In this document: in pieces, positions 11,054-24,077 of the stretch
Numbering within the stretch: the stretch's first letter is position 1
How the letters are laid out: each line of letters opens with the position of its first letter
From: Tubiluchus corallicola
Taxonomy: Eukaryota; Animalia; Priapulida
DNA: 64,000 bases
Assembly (NCBI GenBank): GCA_030141605.1
Contig: JAQGDQ010000091.1
Location: 248,001-312,000 of the forward strand
Direction of reading: 5' to 3'
Notes under the pieces: model-generated
Database searches by the model: none
What the model was told of the DNA's origin: nothing
Seen by the model: the letters and a program-made list of their open reading frames with translations, nothing else
Translations under genes and position numbers: made by a program

Positions 11054-11899
11054 AACACAAAAATGATTAAATTATGTGTTAATGTAATTAACGTAAATCC
11101 ATACATTTTAAAATAATAACTGTTCAATAATTTCAATAATGACAATGTATTATTGAATATTACACTTTTAATAAGGAACGACCAACTTACCTACAGGAAC
11201 AGAGTTTGCGAGAAAAGCCTGAGAAATGTGAACAGCGCTGCACATACTACTACTATACACTGACAAGGGTCTACAGCAGACGTTCCCTTTTTTTAAGCTC
11301 AGGTGTGCACGTGATTAGTGGCGTTTACTAACACACGGTCAGAATACGAGTCTGTACCAGATATGAACACTGTCACATGAACACCCGAGAAGTCTACTGT
11401 ATTCCCTTGCCAGCATTATATTTAATTTCCTCAGTCTCAGTCCTGAAGTACAATATGCATGTGTATAAGAAACTTAATAAATTGTTATAAAGCTTATGAA
11501 GAAGCGAGTCAAACTGTTTCATTTAATAGGAAACAGAAGGCGATTTCGATGTTGGGGGGGGGGGGCAAAATGAGTGAGACATTTTTGGGTAAACAACACT
11601 TTGGTTTTTTCCGATGTTCACTCACTGTGATTTTTTTGGGGTTGCACGGTGAGGGGTAAAGACCTTTTTGGATGTTTGCGATAATCTCTCACTGTATAAG
11701 AGCTCTGATAACATATTGCCTTATTTTTAGATAAGGGTTTGGGTCAGCTTCCATATTTCCATAATTACTGTTCCGTAAGTCAGAGTTCAGTCGATTATTT
11801 TTAATAGGGTGTTTGCGCGTGAAAGTTCAGTATTAGGAAATCCAAATTTGTGTTCACTGTCGATCTATTTTTGACGAAATATTGAAAATCGCAGGTGGC

Positions 11900-12343
11900 C
11901 AGGGGATATCAAGACTTTATGACGCCTTAGGCTGATAGTTCTGTTCCGTGAATTTCTGTCTCATAGTTCTAGCTCCGTCGTGAATTTCTGGTTGTTTATG
12001 TAATCACCAAACTAAACAATTACTTGAGGTGTATTAGAAGCACTAGTAACCTAATTTCTACGTGGTTATTATTAATTACATGTATTTACATAGTGTTTAT
12101 GTAGAAGCAGGCTGCGCAACTACTTGTTGTGTAATACGTTGCACTTGCTCGTTATGTGGGCATTTGTATAAAACCTACACTCAGTAACAGCCTGTGGTAT
12201 GTTATAAAGTGCGCCCTTTACTTGAATATGAAAGTGTACACAATTTCCGAGGAGAATAAGAATTTTTTTCTAAAATGTGTTGCCCCTCAAACTTTGGCGC
12301 CCTAGGCTATAGCCTAATTAGCCTATTGGTTAATACGTCCCTG
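11900..12343. mobile_element. hAT-type non-autonomous DNA transposon (MITE)
   Basis: Termini CAGGG...CCCTG, flanked by an 8-bp near-duplicate caggtggc (11892-11899) / caggtggt (12344-12351). Subterminal cc(t/c)taggct motifs at both ends. Confidence 0.8.
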
Positions 12344-12658
12344 CAGGTGGTATAGTACTGTTTTAATTTAATCTATTTAGCAAGTTGATAAGTAAGTAAG
12401 CTAGCAAGAGAACGTTTAATTTAAGACAGAGTTAGTAGTGCCAGGCTTACAACAACAAAACGCCAGCCATAAGACTCCCTTATCGTCTATTGAAATTTCA
12501 TTTTACACCTGAGTGGCAAATGTATAGTTTTATAAAAAGCAAACTGAAGATACCCCGTAAATGTAAAATATATTATTCTGAATCTCGCTCCATAGATAGT
12601 GAGACGATTTTCGGACTGTTTTTTTATCTTTGAGGAACTCTCAGTTCAAATAGATGAT

Positions 12659-13120
12659 TAACTAGACCGTGTTTATGACAAAGTCATAAACCTAAGATTC
12701 TGCATTATGACCAAAATTGCAACTGTTGAGAGCGAAAAACCTTTGCTGATTTGAGATCTTTGTCTAAAGATCATAATATTGCTATTGTTGAATTCTCGTG
12801 CTTGATTACCTAGGAAATCCATTTTATTGCAAGCCAATTTAACATTTTCGTCTGACCCAGAGGCCACCATTCCTAGGTAGTTCTCTGGCTGCCTATGTTA
12901 GGTGCCGACTCTGCAAATTTTGCGATTTTAGCTTTTATAGTTAGAGAGTTATTGACCAGACCCTATTTCAACACTTTCGCCAATGTCACGTGATTTGGTC
13001 ACGCTCACTTTTCGGAAACTACTTAACAATACTTAACAGTAACTGTACGTCCAGCCAGTCGCCTACCCACACATGCATAAGCATTGACATTACCCCAGGA
13101 GTATTTGCTCACATTTTTTA
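12659..13120 (+). mobile_element. Possible Helentron-associated (HINE-like) non-autonomous element
   Basis: Starts AACTAGA, followed at once by a perfect hairpin gtttatgac-aaa-gtcataaac (12671-12691). The 3' boundary is a guess. Confidence 0.3.
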
Positions 13121-16100
13121 TATTAATGCATACAAAAAAATTTCATACTAAAAGTGATTAAATATTTTTCGATTTGTTATGCAATCATATCTTAGTTTTG
13201 TTGAAAAATATGATTCATGTTTTTTTACAAAGAACGGGTGCCAGATACTACCTGATGTTGGGTAACTTATTAACCCTTGGTCTTTTGTGTAGGCAAAATT
13301 TTGGAATTTACTTTGCAGTATTTTTCTTCCTGGTAGTACCATGTGTTTAGTTTTAAAACTGAGAAGTGTTGCAAACCTCCAATTCGGCCTATAGTTCTGC
13401 AAGGAATTTTTCTAACGATCTGTTGAGGAAATTTCAATTTAAAGTTTGTGTACATTTTTCATTTAGTAATATGGCGGGAACTTTAGCTGTATAGGTGGCT
13501 AAGCTTGAAGCTGATGAAGTTCAAATTTTAGAAGATCCAGCAAGTGAAGATGAATTGGGTGTCTTAGAAGCAAGAAGTGAACATCGTTAGGCTATTATAA
13601 AAAATTTTCACTAGATTTGAAAAACAAATGTAACGTCTGCAAACATGCGCGCTTGTATCCTAGAGCAGGCTGGTGAGTCATTTGCATAAGGTGAGAATAA
13701 TAAGCGTCCAATGCAATTGCAGCTTGTAATAGTTTTTTCATATTAATATTTTCTTTCATTATACGTGTCCAGGTGTCTGTCAAAGTGTACACGTTTATAG
13801 CATTTCAGAATTACAAAACATAGACCTATTATAGAGATCATCGACGTCTCTTGCAGACGAAAGCAATCTGCTTGTAAATGAAACAGTAAAATGTTGTTTG
13901 TAAGCCTAAAAAGCATTATTTCCCATCGTTTATAGAAGCAAGAAACGAGTAGTTTTTGTAAATTCACTATTAGTTCAGCTGGAGTTAGCATACAAAAATA
14001 GGTCGTTATTACGTTTACTGAATGCTAAAAAAAATTTGTTATCGAATAACTGGAAGTAAGTCAAATAACAAAGTGACAAAATTGCTTAATAAGGTATGTA
14101 CATTCTTCGTACAGACGTACAAAACACTGTACATGCTACAGAAGGGCTCCAATTTTTGTTCACAAATCCGTCTGCTGCAAGTTTACTTTACCTCGATAAG
14201 CGTTTTTTAGCGTTTACAATATTAATAATATCTAAACTTTTTTTACCGCACGGAAAAGCTTTTGCGGGAACTTTGTAATTTGTGTAGAGTACAGGTTATA
14301 AGTACGCTCTTCTGTTGTGCGCGTATAAGCTTGATACTGAGCGGTGCTGCCATCTGGCAGCGAAAATATGAAAATATTTACACTGCCTTTAAATTATAGG
14401 TAATTAATTTAACATTATGTTAATGATTTTGCCAGTTCAAGATGTTAGTTTAAAATGATTTATTTTATCATGTGTATCAACACTATTCTAGATTATTCGA
14501 CATCAGCCTAATTAATTTTTCTAATAAAGATCTACTTTTGTAATCAGGTCTAGCCCTAGCCAAACCCATCGCTTTTTCGATCTGTCAAGAATGACGCTGG
14601 CTTTATATACAACAGCGAACAATAAGACAACAATAATTGTAAACTATTAACAATAGATAATCGTTCAGCATGAGGCGCTTACTTAAACGGCAGTTAATGG
14701 GATAGTCACCAAGATACAAATTAATTATTAAGTAATCATTAAGTAGGCCTATATTAGAAGATCATTTATCAGAAAGTATTTGCACAAAAAATTGTCAATA
14801 CATACGTTAAATAATTAAAGACGATCATTAAACCTATTAAATCAATAATTAACTAATCAAAAATTTTAACAGTCATTGAATCTGTTAAACTAAACTAAAA
14901 CTAGCACTAGGCTGCTTTTTGTCATTTTTACTTACCTTTATTAGATTTTCAATATTGTGTTTTTAATAAATAAAAATAACAGTTTTTATTTATTTTACTT
15001 ACCATTTACAAAACACATAGCTGTAGGCCATTGAGAACGCAGCAGTTGAAGGTAGCATTTTGTAACGAATGTCTGAAGATACATAGTTATGAAAAATTCC
15101 ATAAGTAAAATTATGCCTAAAGCTCATGAACACTAAACTCATCACTTTGTATTTTGATCGTATTTTGCTGAGCATTTTGTCACATTGTTACACCAGTTAA
15201 TATTAAGTTTATCTTTTGTTCGCTGTCATTTAATCTTTTAGTTCGTTTATTATGTTCTGTTTTATTATTAACTTCTTTCAATCCCCAAATTTAACTGAGC
15301 TTCAAAGTTTTGTATTAGTTTGACGGTATGTTTGTTTTTTATTTTCTTTTTTGTTCTATGTTAGTTTAGAATTATTTTACAGACATAAATCCAGTGAAAC
15401 TTTTTTGACCCAACATTTACTCAAGATTTAAAATCTGTGATTTTAGCATCTCGTAGTAGTGATTCATAACTATAATCTGTGATTTTAGCACACAAGAATG
15501 TACCTAAAGAAAGAATCCTCTAAATAAACGGCAGCCGAATAGAACTGGTATGTTGGGTGCGTGTGATGCGCTAAACAGTGAATGTAGCAATCCCGCTGAT
15601 AATGAATGATACTTGCAGTGGTTTAAACATAAACTTTAACATAACTTTCTTTAATCATGTGTTTGCAGTAGCGTAAATGTAAGTTGTAGCTCAGCAGGCT
15701 AACATAACTATGTTCAAGAAACAAATTGATTAAGTTTCCAGCTGAATTAATTTTCCAAGTGACTCGTAAATATGTGGATAGCTTGCCAACGTCCACTTAG
15801 TCTAATTAGTAAACACAAGTTGTCAGTTATACATGGACAAAGCATTGCATTATGTGGGATACACATTGGTGATGCTTGGTCAGTTTAATCAGTTTCAAAT
15901 GTGTATAATCCATTTTTCATAAATGCATAGTCATAATTAGATTTTATACTTGGCTGCTTCTGTAATTTGTAAAAGTTAGTTTGTCCCTTTTGAGAACATG
16001 AAACCCAAAAAGTAAATCTTGTATATAATTGATATGAAATAATATGTGTTATAGACAGCTTAGCATTATGATGGCAAGAAAAAAGAATAGGCTTTCATTC

Positions 16101-16649
16101 TTCACATTTTCTGTTAAAGAGACAATTGAGCAAACATTCTTGAGCTCTGTTCATTGCCAATTCAAGTTTCCTTTCAAAGATTCAAACACATAAGGTACTT
16201 CAGTTGTAAGACTGTTTACACAAAATGTTTTCATTATTGGTTATAGGTAACATAGCATACAAGCACATCTCATCTGATGTAGTCGTAGATTCTTATCTGT
16301 ACAACTACAAGTTTATTATCGGTACAGCTGACATTTTTATGGCATGCTGGAGCTTTTATCATGTTACGCCGCATAGGAATAAGGTAGGTCTATTGTATGG
16401 CTAGTTTTTTTAAATGAGTTGCGATTGGGACACATGCTAAAGTAAAAAGTGAAAGCAACATAATGCAGCGTGAATTATTTGAAAAAAAAGAACTAGAAGC
16501 AGTAGTAAATCACCGACAGTATTAAGGAAAATGCTTAGCTCTTGCAGACTGAAGTCATTGAACTAGCTTTACTACAATTAAAATCAACTTTGTAGTCCTA
16601 AGAGTGAATAATTTATGCATTTTTTGGTATCTTAGTTTTGTATTATATT

Positions 16650-17165
16650 CAGTGGGGGCTCGTGTATAGGTACTGTGGTACTGCAGCACTGGCTGTTTTC
16701 ACTCATTATTATCGATCATATTCGATATAAATAGTTTTTTTCTTTAGTTCTTTCTTTATACTTGTGTGGAACTGGAGCACATTTGGAAGTACAATTTGCT
16801 TCACAGCCCAAGCAATGCGGTTTTTGGCTGCTGTGCGCGGCCATGCGCACATGTTTGAGATAATACACTGTACTTTAAGGAGAAAGAGTACTGTCACTCA
16901 CTGCAGTACGTGTTGTCAGTTGTCACATGTTTAAAAGCCTTGTATCGGCATATTCTTGAACTGCAACAATTTAGGCTATTTGTAGGAAAACAATATTTCT
17001 ATTTAGGAGTTTATCACAGTTATGTTTAAGTTAGTTTGTTTGTTTAAAATTACAATTACAACATTATTATTACACACGTTTGTTTCGTTTTACACAGTAT
17101 TAAAACATTGGCTAAAAATTTTAATTTTGCAGTCCCCCACTAATTTTAGCTATGAGCAGCCACTG
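16650..17165. mobile_element. hAT-type MITE
   Basis: Imperfect TIRs cagtgggggctcgt / atgagcagccactg. Perfect 8-bp TSD attatatt at 16642-16649 and 17166-17173. Repeated gtactg/cagtac motifs inside. Confidence 0.9.
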
Positions 17166-18078
17166 ATTATATTGCACTCAATGTTATTATGTTTATGATG
17201 ACATTATATCATAATATTATGTTACTGTATAGCATAATATGGTAAAAATATGACAATAAAAGAAGGTTTCCACTACAGCGAAAAAATCTGATTCTGAAAT
17301 GACGTCTCTACAGTTTCAATCTGCATTACACCCCTTACATTACTACTGATGATTTTTAGATGAATTTAAATTCTTCAGACATCATGTGACGAGATCAATC
17401 GCACAGTTTCAAACTAAAGTACACTTATTGATATTACCTAGATCTCTTGGAATCATGCACAAACTGTCGACACTGACTATAAAAAATGCTTAAATCATCT
17501 TGTTATTGTAGAACGTGTTCTATAGTACAAATGATTCTAGTATATCATCGTGAGGATAGGATGATGTCAGTTTCGTTCTCACAATCCCTAAAAAGCATTC
17601 TGCAATTGTGGCAGAAACTCTACTTTTAGTGTTATGCATATCCACTCACTTCCTAAGTCTTGCTCAGTTATCTTTAACCTATTGTTTTATTTTGTGCTTC
17701 GTTATTTACTTGTTACTATTAATTGCAATTAGTAAATAAAATTATTTTTATTGCTTGTATAATTTGTATTAACTTAACCACAAAAGTTTCTGGTTGAGAT
17801 AGGCAAGCCCAATGGATACTTAATTGAGTTGCCAGTTTAATTTAAAGCAATTTAGCATTAACTTGTTGTACAAGAACAGATCCTGTATAGAAAAAGAAGG
17901 TAACCCTTGTGTAGGAGCCCATTTCTTTTCAACATATTTCCTTTCTGTGTTATTTATGTTTAATTTATTGCTTTCATTGCTATTATAATCAGGAAGGCTG
18001 GCAGTGGTAAAAATTGACATAATATAAAAAAACTGTGCAAGAAATTTGTGGCTTCTACTACTGAATTTCCACTTTCAG

Positions 18079-18225
18079 AAAATCTCATAAGAAGAAATCG
18101 AAGGAACAAGGTATTAGTAATGAAGGATTAGAAGAAGATCATCAAACTGTGTCAGACAGTCCTGTAAATGTTAGCCGACATGCATTTGCATTGTCTCCAA
18201 AAGCGAAGAAAAAACGTGCAAAGAG
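18079..18225 (+). CDS. Uncharacterised gene 2, probable internal exon with basic NLS-like ends
   Basis: ctttcag| acceptor and AG|gtaaag donor, 147 nt, purine-rich open frame KSHKKKSKEQGISNEGLEEDHQ...SPKAKKKRAK. Confidence 0.6.
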
Positions 18226-18783
18226 GTAAAGAAGTAACTGGTTTGCAATATTTGGACGTGTATAATCATGCGTGTAGTTCATAAATAATTAAGTTAGCAT
18301 ATTTGGACAATCGTAAACCCAAAAGTGATCATGCAATGAATAAGGCTTCATCAACTTGTACAGTGTACTGAGTTGAAAGCAGACATCTTTATTATCATCC
18401 TACATGTGTTTCACCCTGTAAAACAAATCAAACATCATTGTTCACCAAAACACAGTTATACGAAAGTTACACAGGTTGTGCAAAGAGCATTAGTTATAAA
18501 CATTTCACAAAACTCAAAAGAATTCTACTACATTTCCACAAAAAGTTGAATATTTTTGCAGAATTAATTAAAAACTTTACACTGTGATAGCAAGACCATA
18601 ACCTATTATATTCACGCCCGAGGTACGCGCTAGATCATAAACAGATTAAATGTAATGTGTTGGTAAGGTTGGTACGATCTAGTCTATGATGATGTCACCC
18701 TGCTAATTATTAGCATGGTGAAATGTGTGGAGGATGATAACAGAAATATCTGTTGAATGAGATTGCACCAGTTGCTGCATAAA

Positions 18784-19350
18784 GCCAGACTCACGAGGTT
18801 CGCAACTTGGTGATCATCAAAAAGTCAACAGTTGCCAAACATATGCCAAACTGTCGCAAAACAATCCCGAGTGTTTTCCGTAGTTGTAAAAAGGTCGTCG
18901 GCATTGGAGAAAATTTTTAAGATGTTTAAAGTTTCTCACCAGAATCGCAAAACTCGCCATTTGGCCAAGGTTTTGTAAAACTGTCGTAAAGTCGTCGAAA
19001 CATGCGCCAAATGTTTGCAAATTTTTCACAAATTATTCGTGACGTTCATCGACAATTTCTGATTACGCGAAAACTTGGCGTATATTTTGTTACACTTTTG
19101 AGAATGTTGCTAGATTTTGGCAAACCTCGGTTTTTTCTACAAAAATTCCATGAAATTGTCATGACATAATCGTAGCATACTCGCGGGAATGTCGTGTGAT
19201 ATTCGCTTTGTCAGAGATGTCATAAAATATGTCCAAATATGCAATATTCTCTCGATTTTCGCTTGAGAAAAAAGCCCGAAATGTGCAAAAATGTAGCGAA
19301 ATTCGCACGAATGATTTGTGACAGAACACAGTCATGGGTGTATTTGGGCA
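18784..19350. mobile_element. Possible PIF/Harbinger-like MITE remnant
   Basis: Abrupt CpG-rich block with recurrent tcgc/gcga/gtcgt motifs. Weak terminal complementarity (gccagactcac / gtgtatttgggc). No clear TSD. Confidence 0.35.
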
Positions 19351-20851
19351 CCTGTTGGATGTAGAAAATTTTTGATCATTGCAAAAAAAGTTGCAACTCT
19401 GTGAAACCCTGCTTTAGTGAGTTGAAAACTTGTTGTATTTGACTTATAATAATCTGTAAAATATGCATATGTTTTGAAAACTGTACAAAAATTGTCACTT
19501 GAGATCTTTTTATACGTAACGTTATCCGTAACTTGTAAAAATCTTCATAATAATACACATTTTGTAACTTTTTAGCCCATTTGAACCATACAAAGAAGGT
19601 TTTTGGAATAAGCTGTTGCATAGGAAACACTTGGAGCAAGGTACTATAGTATTTTGATTTTGTTTCCTGGTATGTGTGCAATATTGAGTGCTCTAAAAAG
19701 AGGAAACCACATTAAACTTTGTTTAATTCTTTGCATTGAATGGATATGTGACTGTTTCACTAATAAATTATCTATTCGAACAGAGTTCCAATTTGCTATT
19801 TTTCCAGCTGTTCAATTTTCATTTTTAGATATAAGAAAAAACTTTTTAAGGAGAGGAATATTAAAAAAGCATTGCTGCTTTGGGATATGTTTTTGGGTTT
19901 GGAACAATGTGTCAAAACTTTGTACGGTTGAGAAAGTTTCAGATGCATGTTGATTTGTACAATTAGCACCGCCTAGTTTATTAAAATTGCAAAGAAAAAT
20001 TAGAACTTGCTACATTTTATCCTAGATTGTAGACACCTTATTCTACATTTTTGAGTTTTTGCGTGTTTTCATCATAGTTGCACCATAACAGTTTCAAACG
20101 GCATCCTGCTCATTAATACTAACTTTGGCTTTGGTCACAAAAAGCATTAACAGTCACTGTGGTCTAATTTAAAATCCTGGTATCCTTGACTTCATTGTGT
20201 TCTCAAAGATTCCTCCCAAAAACAGTGTTCCACAGATTACCTATATTATTTAAAGAAATTTCTTTAAACACATTTTACAGAACTTGCTGTATTAAATGGG
20301 AAGAACAGAAACTTAAAGTATGTTTCAAAAATTTGTAAAATGAAAGATATCAGCTAGCCCTACTAACTGAAATGCTTGGGTTAGAAGAAAAGAAAATTGT
20401 TATTAATTCATTTGTTTTGCTTCAGTAGGCAAAAGGTTACCATGACATCAGTGGCACCTGACTTTATTATGCATCAGTAGCTTAGAAAAAATCCTTATTA
20501 AGCTGATTCATGAAATAATATTACTTTTGCTAGGCCGATGATTCTGCATTACTAGTTTTTTTGCTTGATCAACTAGTTAGTCAACTTTGCTAATTTATTA
20601 TAGCAGTCTGCCTGCAAATAAAGGACTTATATATATATACTGCTTTTTTTTCTATCTAAAATGAATTACAGTGTTAATAATATGTTAAAACATTGTGTTA
20701 GTTGATCGTCACATCATGATTACGGTTAATCAAATTTGATCAAGTAATTGTTGAAGTGTGTCCATGAAATGTCCTTGAATAGCTGTAATTCAGCATTCAA
20801 TTTATTAGCTAATAATACTTTTGGTGATTTTATTGATTATTTACTTTATAG

Positions 20852-23026
20852 TTGATAAAGGCAAAGGCCAAGATAAATGGATGAATATTGGCAAAGCTGA
20901 GACTTCTCAGGATGACAGCCTTTTGTCAGCTGGAAAAAGAGTGTCTTTGGCTAGTCATAGTACAGGTGATGTTGATTGGCAACGTATTGGGACGGGAATT
21001 AACCGTGAATTACCTGAGATTCTTATGGTTTCTCAAACACTTAGTCTACCTAAATCAGCCAGTGAGCAAAAGAACATATTCCAAGAACAAGAATTTCAGG
21101 ATTATTTTCAAGGCGGTGGTTCAAGTGACCTACACCCTTCTGATTTTCCTGTTCATGTGATTGTTCACAAAGAAAATGTTATGCAGAACAGACCAAAGAG
21201 CTGGGATGGTGTATTAACTGATAGCAGGGAGTTTTCCGGTAGACCTTCACAGATTAATTGTGATAATTTTGATCCTCACACGTCTGGACATGATACTTCA
21301 CTATCAACCTCTCATCACAGTTGTCGCATGTGTATTTTTCGGAAACGAAAGCGTGAAGATAATCTCAGAAGAAAGAAATTGCAGCACAGAAAAGCAAAAA
21401 GTGTACATGCTCATCCATCTGTGGAAGAGGTGGTTGGTGAGTCAAATATAAAATTTCACTGTTCTGATCTTCCTCCAAGAACACGAATGAGTTCTTCTCA
21501 TGTGGTTACTGCTGAGGGTGCCTATAGAGATTTCAAAGAAGTCTTGGATGACCATTCTCTTGCCGAACTCGATCTCAACGATGTTGGAGAGCAATCTTCT
21601 GCTCAAAGGAAGAATATGAACTTTTTAAAGAAGTTTCAGCAAAGCCTTTCTTCACTTTCTAATGTGCCTTATTACACAGAACAAAAAACATTTACTAATG
21701 ATTTATTGGTCGATGATGATGAATGTGTTACTGGTATGCACGCAGTTCAAGATTTGTCTGATTCAGCCGCTTTAGCTTCTGGTAATGATAGAAAGTCATT
21801 TGATGATGTTTATGTTGAAGACCTAAGGATTGTCAATGTGCTTGTAGGCAGTCCAAAAGAAGTGTATCAAAAATCAGAAACAACGGATGATGTTAAACAC
21901 AATGGTGCTATTTTAGAAGATGTGGCATTTTGTAATCAAAATATGGAAACTATTTCTTTAAGTTCTGATACTTCAGTCATTCGTGTTTCACCAAACGTCT
22001 CCGAAAGTGCAAAACATTTCTATGGTAAGTATTCTGAACCTGAAGATAAACAACATGTCTCGTATGTTGACCAATGTGTGGGAACAAGTTCTGTGCTTGG
22101 AGAAAATTTCAAAAATGATGAGGAACTTACTGAAATTTTCATGCCAAAGGAGACAGTAAATGCCTGTTCAGTTGGTACATTGACCAGTTTGATAAGTACT
22201 GGTAGTGAATTGGAATTTGATTTTGAAAATGATGTTTACCTAAGGGAAGACTATGTTGAAGACTCAGATCATACGAGAGAAGGATTTGCTGAGCTAATTC
22301 CTGAAGACGAGTATTTATTTCATTCCAGAGATTTTCAATCCTTTTCTCTCCATACTGAGCTGACATGTAGCGATGTTAGTAAAAGCCAAGCAACAGAAGA
22401 CAAGGTAGTTCCTAGTTCAAGGAAAAAGCCTGAACATTTCAGTAAACAGTTATTATCAAGAAACATTCGGCAGGCAGCTAGTCCCGTGCCTGATAATGAT
22501 TCTAGTTACTTTTTTGTGCCAAATTTGCAAAAGAAAGTGTCTGTTCTGAATAAGAGGCCAAACTACAGTCAGGATGAGTTACCTACTCCTATAAGCTATT
22601 TTGGGTTTCCCTGTTGGCAAGAGCCAGATGATGTTAATAGTAGTCATTTTTTGCCTAGTGATATCAGTTGTGGCACTCCTCAGGAAACAGCAATTAGTTC
22701 TCTTAGAAATGTAGATATTTATACAAGAACCAGCTCTTTTGCAAATCAAAGAACTTGTTTGTCGGCACAACCCAGTAGATTGCCGGTCAACCGAAGCCAT
22801 GATGTCATTGACCATAGTTTGCACTCTTCCTACAACAATTACATAGACAGTCTTGCCAAAGGAACTGTTTCAGAAGCAAATATTTGTGAACGAACTAAAG
22901 ATGCTTCACTTTCACAAGAGAAAGAGGTTGCCACTGTTGGAAGAGATGTAGAGAAAAATGTGCAGATTATGGTGCAAATGATTTGTGATGCTAAAGAAGC
23001 TGATCTTACAATGAACCTTTCAAAAG
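20852..23026 (+). CDS. Uncharacterised gene 2, very large exon (725 codons; Ser/Asp/Glu-rich, probably disordered)
   Basis: 2.2-kb stop-free frame in AT-rich DNA, with tttatag| acceptor and G|gtaaac donor. Basic cluster RKRKREDNLRRKKLQHRK. No domain or transposase motif that I recognise. Confidence 0.85.
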
Positions 23027-23478
23027 GTAAACAAGAATTAATTTATATTTTTATAAATAAAAAGTGACTTGCAATCTACTTTAATTCTTCTTGGAGTAAT
23101 TAAGTGTTCACATTTTTATGATTGTATACACTATACAGATATATTAGGCACTAGTAAATGCTAAGTTTTATTTTCTACAAAATCCCTTTTCAAGAAATGG
23201 GAATTAAATTTAACTTATTTAACTTCTATTGTTGATACACTTTTTGTCACTTTTTATTGTCAAAAAGATTCTTTTGAGTGTCAAAAACTCATTTATTACA
23301 TAAAACAGTATGTTTGGAGTGGCATTGCTTGAGATCTGGAGCAAACCACATTTCTAATATGTCAACATTGGTTTATATAGTTTAGCTGTGTAGTCGTATA
23401 TCTTAGGTAGTTTACTACTTAATGAACATATAGTCATATGCATAAATGATTTTTTAATAATATACGTGTTTATTAAAG

Positions 23479-23594
23479 CTGCTGCTGAGAGTTGTGAACT
23501 TATACACACTGATCATAAAACAATGGATGATTTAGAAACTGAACAACAAGTTAGTCCAACTTGCAGAATGGTTGCATGTCCTCCAACTGAAAAG
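23479..23594 (+). CDS. Uncharacterised gene 2, next exon
   Basis: attaaag| acceptor in phase 1, matching the preceding donor, and a strong AAG|gtaagt donor. Encodes AAAESCELIHTDHK...CPPTEK. Confidence 0.72.
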
Positions 23595-23669
23595 GTAAGT
23601 TTTGTAAATTTTCGTGTTCTACGTTATGATAATTATATTACTTTGTACTGCATTGTTGTAGAGAGAAAT

Positions 23670-23930
23670 CACGGCTGGATTACCCTATAGACTAGTATAG
23701 TCTAGTATAGGCTGCAGCCTAGGGACCTTTTTTTAATATTTTGCATTACTTAGTTCATTTAACTTAAAATTAAATTTCAACTTTAAAAAAAAGGAAGCCT
23801 GGGAGTCTGAAAACACAATTTAAAAAAGTGGTCCTTGCTTGTGGCCCCTTATTTGAGATAAAGTGCCCCTGTTGAGGAGTCCCATAGTTTCTTTAGCCTT
23901 GCTGCCACAAAACGTAATAATCCGGCATTG
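23670..23930. mobile_element. hAT-type MITE, older copy
   Basis: Imperfect TIRs cacggctggatta / taatccggcattg. taggctgcagcctaggg resembles the end of the 11900-12343 element. TSD not recognisable. Confidence 0.6.
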
Positions 23931-23996
23931 GCTGGAACATATAGTCCCATATAAATTTTAATGTACCCTATTTCTGACAAATTGATTTACATTCAG

Positions 23997-24077
23997 GACT
24001 ACTCTAAAAAATATTGTAGGAAGAAAACTATTAAGTTTTCATCATTGGATCAAAATTGCATGAGCGGCCATTTTTAA
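23997..24077 (+). CDS. Uncharacterised gene 2, probable last coding exon
   Basis: attcag| acceptor, phase 0. Encodes DYSKKYCRKKTIKFSSLDQNCMSGHF* and is followed by T-rich UTR-like sequence. Confidence 0.5.
   Translation, partial: DYSKKYCRKKTIKFSSLDQNCMSGHF

Noticed and set aside
15432-15550. Possible exon with a duplicated acceptor-like 17-mer (aatctgtgattttagca) and a gtatgt donor
   Set aside because: All three frames of 15489-15547 contain stops. At most a UTR exon, which cannot be supported from sequence alone.
20821-23067. 748-aa ORF as a transposase, reverse transcriptase or stand-alone intronless gene
   Set aside because: No DDE, RT or endonuclease motifs. The ORF ends extend past splice sites, and a phase-compatible exon follows.
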